From positions 2,624,001 through 2,688,000 of the forward strand of contig OZ253375.1 in the NCBI GenBank assembly GCA_965261005.1: DNA of 64,000 nt. The letters are read 5' to 3'. This DNA is from Deinococcus sp. GTDB taxonomy: Bacteria; Deinococcota; Deinococci; Deinococcales; Deinococcaceae. Positions 59,820 through 64,000 of the stretch are shown here, piece after piece. The notes below the pieces were generated by a model. That model had not been told where the DNA came from. It saw nothing but the letters and a program-made list of their open reading frames with translations, and searched no databases. The position numbers and the translations under genes were made by a program. How positions within the stretch are numbered: the first letter of the stretch is position 1; every line of letters begins with the position of its first letter.

Positions 59820-60506
59820 GTGAGCAACCGCGCCAACCTCAGCCTGCTCTACGCGGTGGCCCGTCACCTTCGGCCGGTGCTCGGCGACGTGATGTTTGTC
59901 GGCGGCGTGGTCACGGTATTGCTGCTGACGGATTCGGCAGCGCCCGAAGTCCGCGCCACCAGTGACGTGGACATCACGGTCGAACTCGCTTCTTATGGCC
60001 GCTTCCAAACCTTCGTGGACACGTTGTTCAGGCTCGGCTATCACCTCGATTCGCAAGGGCATACCGGGCGTTTTCGCGGCCACGGCCGAATTCTAGACGT
60101 GATGCCCAGCACCCCCGTATTGGGCGAAACCAATTCTTGGTACGCCCCAGCCTTTGCGTGGGCGCAGTCCGTTGCTTTGGAGGGCGGCCTCGCGATTCGC
60201 GTGATCAGCGCGCCGTACTTTTTGGCCACAAAAATCGAAGCTTTCAACGGTCGCGGGCGCCACGATCCTTTTTACAGCAAGGACTTCACCGACATCGTCA
60301 GCGTACTCGACGGGCGTTCTGAGCTGGTCGCCGAAGTGGCAGTTGGTCAAGCAGATCTGCGCGCGTTCCTGACGCGAGAAGCCCGCTCGCTGCTCGGAGA
60401 AGGCGACCTCGAAGACTGGCTGAGCGCCGCCCTTCCGCCTGACCGCGCCAGTCAAGCCCGCGCGCCCCTCGTGCTGGAACGCCTTGGGACGCTCGGCCGA
60501 TTGTAA
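59820..60506 (+). CDS. Nucleotidyltransferase, putative AbiEii-like toxin
   Basis: FVGG, RATSDVD, LATKIEAF, KDFTDI. Confidence 0.7.
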   Translation: MSNRANLSLLYAVARHLRPVLGDVMFVGGVVTVLLLTDSAAPEVRATSDVDITVELASYGRFQTFVDTLFRLGYHLDSQGHTGRFRGHGRILDVMPSTPVLGETNSWYAPAFAWAQSVALEGGLAIRVISAPYFLATKIEAFNGRGRHDPFYSKDFTDIVSVLDGRSELVAEVAVGQADLRAFLTREARSLLGEGDLEDWLSAALPPDRASQARAPLVLERLGTLGRL

Positions 60507-60537
60507 CGCTTGCCGTCGACTCTAGAGGGCAGCCTCT

Positions 60538-61956
60538 TCAGCTCAGCTGGCGCATCAGCCAAGCCACCAAGCGCGGGGCGGGGCGGCCGTAGGGGGGGTA
60601 GGTGAGGCGGACGGGGCTGGCGCGGCCCTCGCGCAGCACGGCGCGCTCGTAAGAAAAAGTGCGAAAGCCGTACTCACCGTGGTAGCTGCCCATGCCGCTC
60701 GGCCCGACGCCGCCGAAGGGCAGTCGGTCGTGGATCAGGTGGACCACCACGCCGTTCACGACCAGCCCGCCGGACGCCGTTTCGCGCGCCACCCGGTCCA
60801 CAAAGGCTTCGTCCCGTGAAAATACGTACAGGGCGAGCGGCTTGCCCAGGGCGCGCACCAAGGCGACGGCCTCGCCAGGATCGCGGTAGGTCACGATGGG
60901 CAGCACGGGGGCGAAGATCTCCTCTCGCATCACCCGCATGCCCGGCGTGACGCCGCTCAGGACGGTCGGCGCCACGAAGCGCCGTTCCGGCTCCACCGCC
61001 CCGCCAAATTCGAGCCGCGCGCCCCCCGCGAGCGCGTCCGCGATCAGGTCCCCCACGCGCCGCGCCGCGCCCTGATCCGCCAAGCGGCCGTAGTCCCGGT
61101 TGTGCGCCTGCCACGCCTCGCCGCCGTAAAACTCCCGCACGGCACGCCCCAGCTGCGCGATCAACTCCCTCTGTGCGCTTTCCTGAACCAGCAGGTAGTC
61201 GGGCGCCACGCAGGTCTGGCCGGCGTTCAGGAACTTGCCCCAAGCGACGCGGCGCGCGCTCAGCGCCAAGTCGGCGCTTCCGTCCACGATGGCGGGGGAC
61301 TTGCCGCCGAGTTCCAGCGTGACCGGGGACAGGTGCCGGCTAGCCGCCGCCATCACCTCGCGGCCCACCGCCGTGCTCCCGGTGAAAAAGACGTGGTCCC
61401 ACGGCAAGTCGAGCAACCCTCGCGCGACCTCCGGCCCGCCGGTGAAGACCGCCACCTCGTCCGGCGCGAACGTCGCCTCGATCAGCTCCCGCATGGCCTG
61501 CGCGGCGTGCGGGGCCTTTTCGGACGGCTTGAGCGCGACCGTGTTGCCCGCCGCGATGGCGCTCACCAGCGGCGTCAGGGCCAGATTGACGGGGTAGTTC
61601 CACGGCGCCAAGATCAGCACGGCGCCCTTCGGCTCGGGCCGCACCTCACCGCGCGCCCCCAGCAGCGTCATCGGCGTGCGCACGCGCCTCGGCCGCGCCC
61701 AGCGCGCGAGGTCGCGCAACGCCCGCGCGATCTCCCCGCGCACGGGCTGGACCTCGACAATCTCGGCCTCCGCCGGGTGCTTGCCGAGGTCCAGTTCGAG
61801 GGCGCGCGTGAGCTGCGTGCGGCGCGTCCCCACCGCCTCGCCAAGGCGCCGCAAACGGTCCCGGCGCGCGGCCAGGTCGCGGAACCGGACGTCCCAGACG
61901 CGGGCCAGCAGGGCGGCGTGCGTCTGTTCAAGACCGTGCGTGGGCGGCTTCAGCAT
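60538..61956 (-). CDS. Aldehyde dehydrogenase (ALDH3-like)
   Basis: PWNYP, LKPSE, FTGS, LELGGKSP, NAGQTC, EEIFAP. Confidence 0.94.
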   Translation of the reverse strand: MLKPPTHGLEQTHAALLARVWDVRFRDLAARRDRLRRLGEAVGTRRTQLTRALELDLGKHPAEAEIVEVQPVRGEIARALRDLARWARPRRVRTPMTLLGARGEVRPEPKGAVLILAPWNYPVNLALTPLVSAIAAGNTVALKPSEKAPHAAQAMRELIEATFAPDEVAVFTGGPEVARGLLDLPWDHVFFTGSTAVGREVMAAASRHLSPVTLELGGKSPAIVDGSADLALSARRVAWGKFLNAGQTCVAPDYLLVQESAQRELIAQLGRAVREFYGGEAWQAHNRDYGRLADQGAARRVGDLIADALAGGARLEFGGAVEPERRFVAPTVLSGVTPGMRVMREEIFAPVLPIVTYRDPGEAVALVRALGKPLALYVFSRDEAFVDRVARETASGGLVVNGVVVHLIHDRLPFGGVGPSGMGSYHGEYGFRTFSYERAVLREGRASPVRLTYPPYGRPAPRLVAWLMRQLS

Positions 61957-61995
61957 GAACAACTCCTGGGCGACGGGGGACGAGACGTCCCGAGT

Positions 61996-62844
61996 TTACA
62001 GCGCCCGTTCCTGCGTGGAAGCTTGCAGGTCCGGGCACACTTCATCTTTCGGCATCCAGCGGCGAAACAGCAGCGGCACCAATTCGGTGACGACCAGGCC
62101 GGTCAGAAAGAGCCGGATGGCGTTGCCCGCCCCCGAGTGGCGCAGCCCCTCCGGCACCACCCGGAAGCCCAGGTACACCGCGAACACCAGCAGCAGCCCC
62201 AAGAGGCCCACCAGCACGCGCGCCCCCCAGCCGCTCGGCGCCCGGTACGCGAGGCGCGACACCAGAAAGGTCGCCAGAATCGCCAGCCCGCCCGAATATT
62301 CGCTCAGGGCCGGAATGAGGGCCAGCGCCAGCGCCGCCCCACCCAGCCACAGCGAGCGCGGCACCCGCCAAGTGACGCCCCAAGCGAAAAAGCCGCCCAG
62401 CAGCAAGCCGACCAGCACGTCGCTCGGGAAGTGGACCCCCAGCACAACGCGCGACAAGCCGACCAGCGCGACCAGCACGGCCGCCACCCACCACAGCCAG
62501 CGGCGCCCTTGCTGAAGCGCCACGCCGAACCACAGCGTCGCGTTCAGCTGGGTGTGGCCGCTGGGCAGGCCGGGGCCGAGCGCCGTCCCTTGCGCGGCGG
62601 GGCTGGCTAAAGTTGGGTCGGTGAAAAAGGGGCGCGGCCCGTTGAGGCCGAGCTTGAGGAGGGTGTTGACCAAGTAGCTGAGTGCGAAGGTGACGCCCAG
62701 GGCGCGGGCGCCGCGCGGATTGACCAGCCAGGTGTAGAGGGCCAGCACGACGATGAAGATCTCGTCGCGGCCAAGGCTGGTGACGGCCAGCCAGAAGCTC
62801 TCGGGGCGGTCGAGCGCGGCGTGCAGCGTGCGGACGATGTCCAT
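61996..62844 (-). CDS. PAP2-family phosphatase
   Basis: K......RP, PSGH, SR..LGVHFPSD. Confidence 0.9.
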   Translation of the reverse strand: MDIVRTLHAALDRPESFWLAVTSLGRDEIFIVVLALYTWLVNPRGARALGVTFALSYLVNTLLKLGLNGPRPFFTDPTLASPAAQGTALGPGLPSGHTQLNATLWFGVALQQGRRWLWWVAAVLVALVGLSRVVLGVHFPSDVLVGLLLGGFFAWGVTWRVPRSLWLGGAALALALIPALSEYSGGLAILATFLVSRLAYRAPSGWGARVLVGLLGLLLVFAVYLGFRVVPEGLRHSGAGNAIRLFLTGLVVTELVPLLFRRWMPKDEVCPDLQASTQERAL

Positions 62845-62913
62845 CGGGTCCTCCCGGATCGAGCAGGCGTATGTGGTTATTTGGGTGGGCTTGGGTCTTG
62901 CTGTTCGAGAAGC

Positions 62914-63972
62914 TTACAGCAGCGCCAATTGGTTGCGGTGCATCAGCTCGTCGAAGTCCTTGCGGCCGAGCGTGTTCTCGATCTCGCCCGTGTTGAGGCC
63001 CAGAATGCGCGCCACCTCGTCCGAGGCGTAGTTGACCAGCCCCTGCGCCAGCGCCCCGCCCGGCCCCTCCAAGCGGACCACGTCGCCGTAGACGAAGTGG
63101 CCCTCCGAACGGACCACCCCCTTCGGCAGCAGCGAGCGCCCGGCGCGCACGGCCTCGGCGGCGCCGGCGTCCAGGTGGAGGGTGCCCTTTGGAATTTGGT
63201 GCAGCAGCCAGCCCCGCCGCGCGGCGGGTTTGCCGGCCCGGACGCGGGTGCCGAGCGGCTCGCCGGCAGCCAAGCGTTCCAGCGCGTGCCCGCCCCCGCC
63301 CAGGATGACGGTGTCGATGCCGGCGTCAAAGGCGATCTGCGCCGCCCGCAGCTTGGTCCGCATGCCGCCGGTGCCGTGCGCGCCGTTCGTGTGACCGGCC
63401 AAGTGCAGCACGTCCGCGATGTTCTCCACCAAGGGAATGCGCTCTGCGGCGGGGTCCCTGGCGGGGTCGGCGGTGTAGAGGCTGTCCACGTCGGTCAGCA
63501 GGATCAGCTCCTCGGCGTCGGCCAAGTAGGCGACCCAGGCGGAGAGGGTGTCGTTGTCGCCGAGGCGCAGCTCCTGGGTCGCCACGGTGTCGTTTTCGTT
63601 GATAATCGGCAGCGCGCCCAGCTTAAAGGCGCTCTCCAGGGCGTGCTTGGCGTTCACGAAGCGCCGCCGGTCCTGAATGTCCCCCGCCGACAGCAGAAAC
63701 TGCGCCACCGGCCGCGGTGCAAAGGCGCGCGCCCACTCCTGCATCAGGGCGACTTGACCGACGGCGGCCAGCGCCTGCTTCTGCGGCAGGGTGCTGGGTC
63801 TGGGCAGGCCAAGGAGGCCGCGCCCGGCGGCCACCGCGCCGCTCGACACCACCGCCACCTCGGCGCGCATGCCCAGCACCGCCCGCGCGATGGCCCACAG
63901 TTTCGGCGGCTCGACGCGCCCGGCCGCGTCCGTCAGGCTGCTGGAGCCGATTTTGACGACCAGGCGTTTCAT
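62914..63972 (-). CDS. proB: Glutamate 5-kinase
   Basis: VKIGSS, SSGAV, NENDTV, GDND, GTGGM.TK, PUA domain. Confidence 0.96.
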   Translation of the reverse strand: MKRLVVKIGSSSLTDAAGRVEPPKLWAIARAVLGMRAEVAVVSSGAVAAGRGLLGLPRPSTLPQKQALAAVGQVALMQEWARAFAPRPVAQFLLSAGDIQDRRRFVNAKHALESAFKLGALPIINENDTVATQELRLGDNDTLSAWVAYLADAEELILLTDVDSLYTADPARDPAAERIPLVENIADVLHLAGHTNGAHGTGGMRTKLRAAQIAFDAGIDTVILGGGGHALERLAAGEPLGTRVRAGKPAARRGWLLHQIPKGTLHLDAGAAEAVRAGRSLLPKGVVRSEGHFVYGDVVRLEGPGGALAQGLVNYASDEVARILGLNTGEIENTLGRKDFDELMHRNQLALL

Positions 63973-64000
63973 ATGGCTTGCGAGCGGGGAATCACCGCAC

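Overview
High-GC bacterial chromosome segment whose gene content and style suggest Deinococcota, probably Deinococcus (inference). The backbone is housekeeping genes: a DesK/DesR-type two-component system with an ABC exporter, lgt, glmU, tatAC, chorismate mutase-DAHP synthase, nspC, metF-metH, a nitrite/sulfite reductase, SDRs, glyA, purB, guaB and proB, plus tRNA-Thr(CGT) and tRNA-Ala(CGC). Accessory DNA interrupts it in six places. (1) A xanthorhodopsin-like opsin lacking the cytoplasmic proton donor (DTA motif), preceded by a 13-bp-periodic repeat array and a PATAN/DUF4388-like gene. (2) A ~10.3-kb satellite-like element integrated in tRNA-Thr between 50-bp att repeats. It carries a frameshifted integrase, an XRE/PemK switch, a RepB-primase/SF3-helicase with internal iterons and five small overlapping genes sharing a terminal R-L-x-x-L-E motif; no capsid genes are recognisable. 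(3) A solo TnpB element just upstream of glyA. (4) A DUF4157 polymorphic toxin/immunity locus split by IS701- and IS66-family elements; removing each IS restores the reading frame exactly. (5) A LAGLIDADG intein in guaB next to the catalytic Cys, with an IS5 nested in an ISAs1 upstream. (6) Several toxin-antitoxin pairs. All family assignments come from reading motifs by eye, not from database searches.
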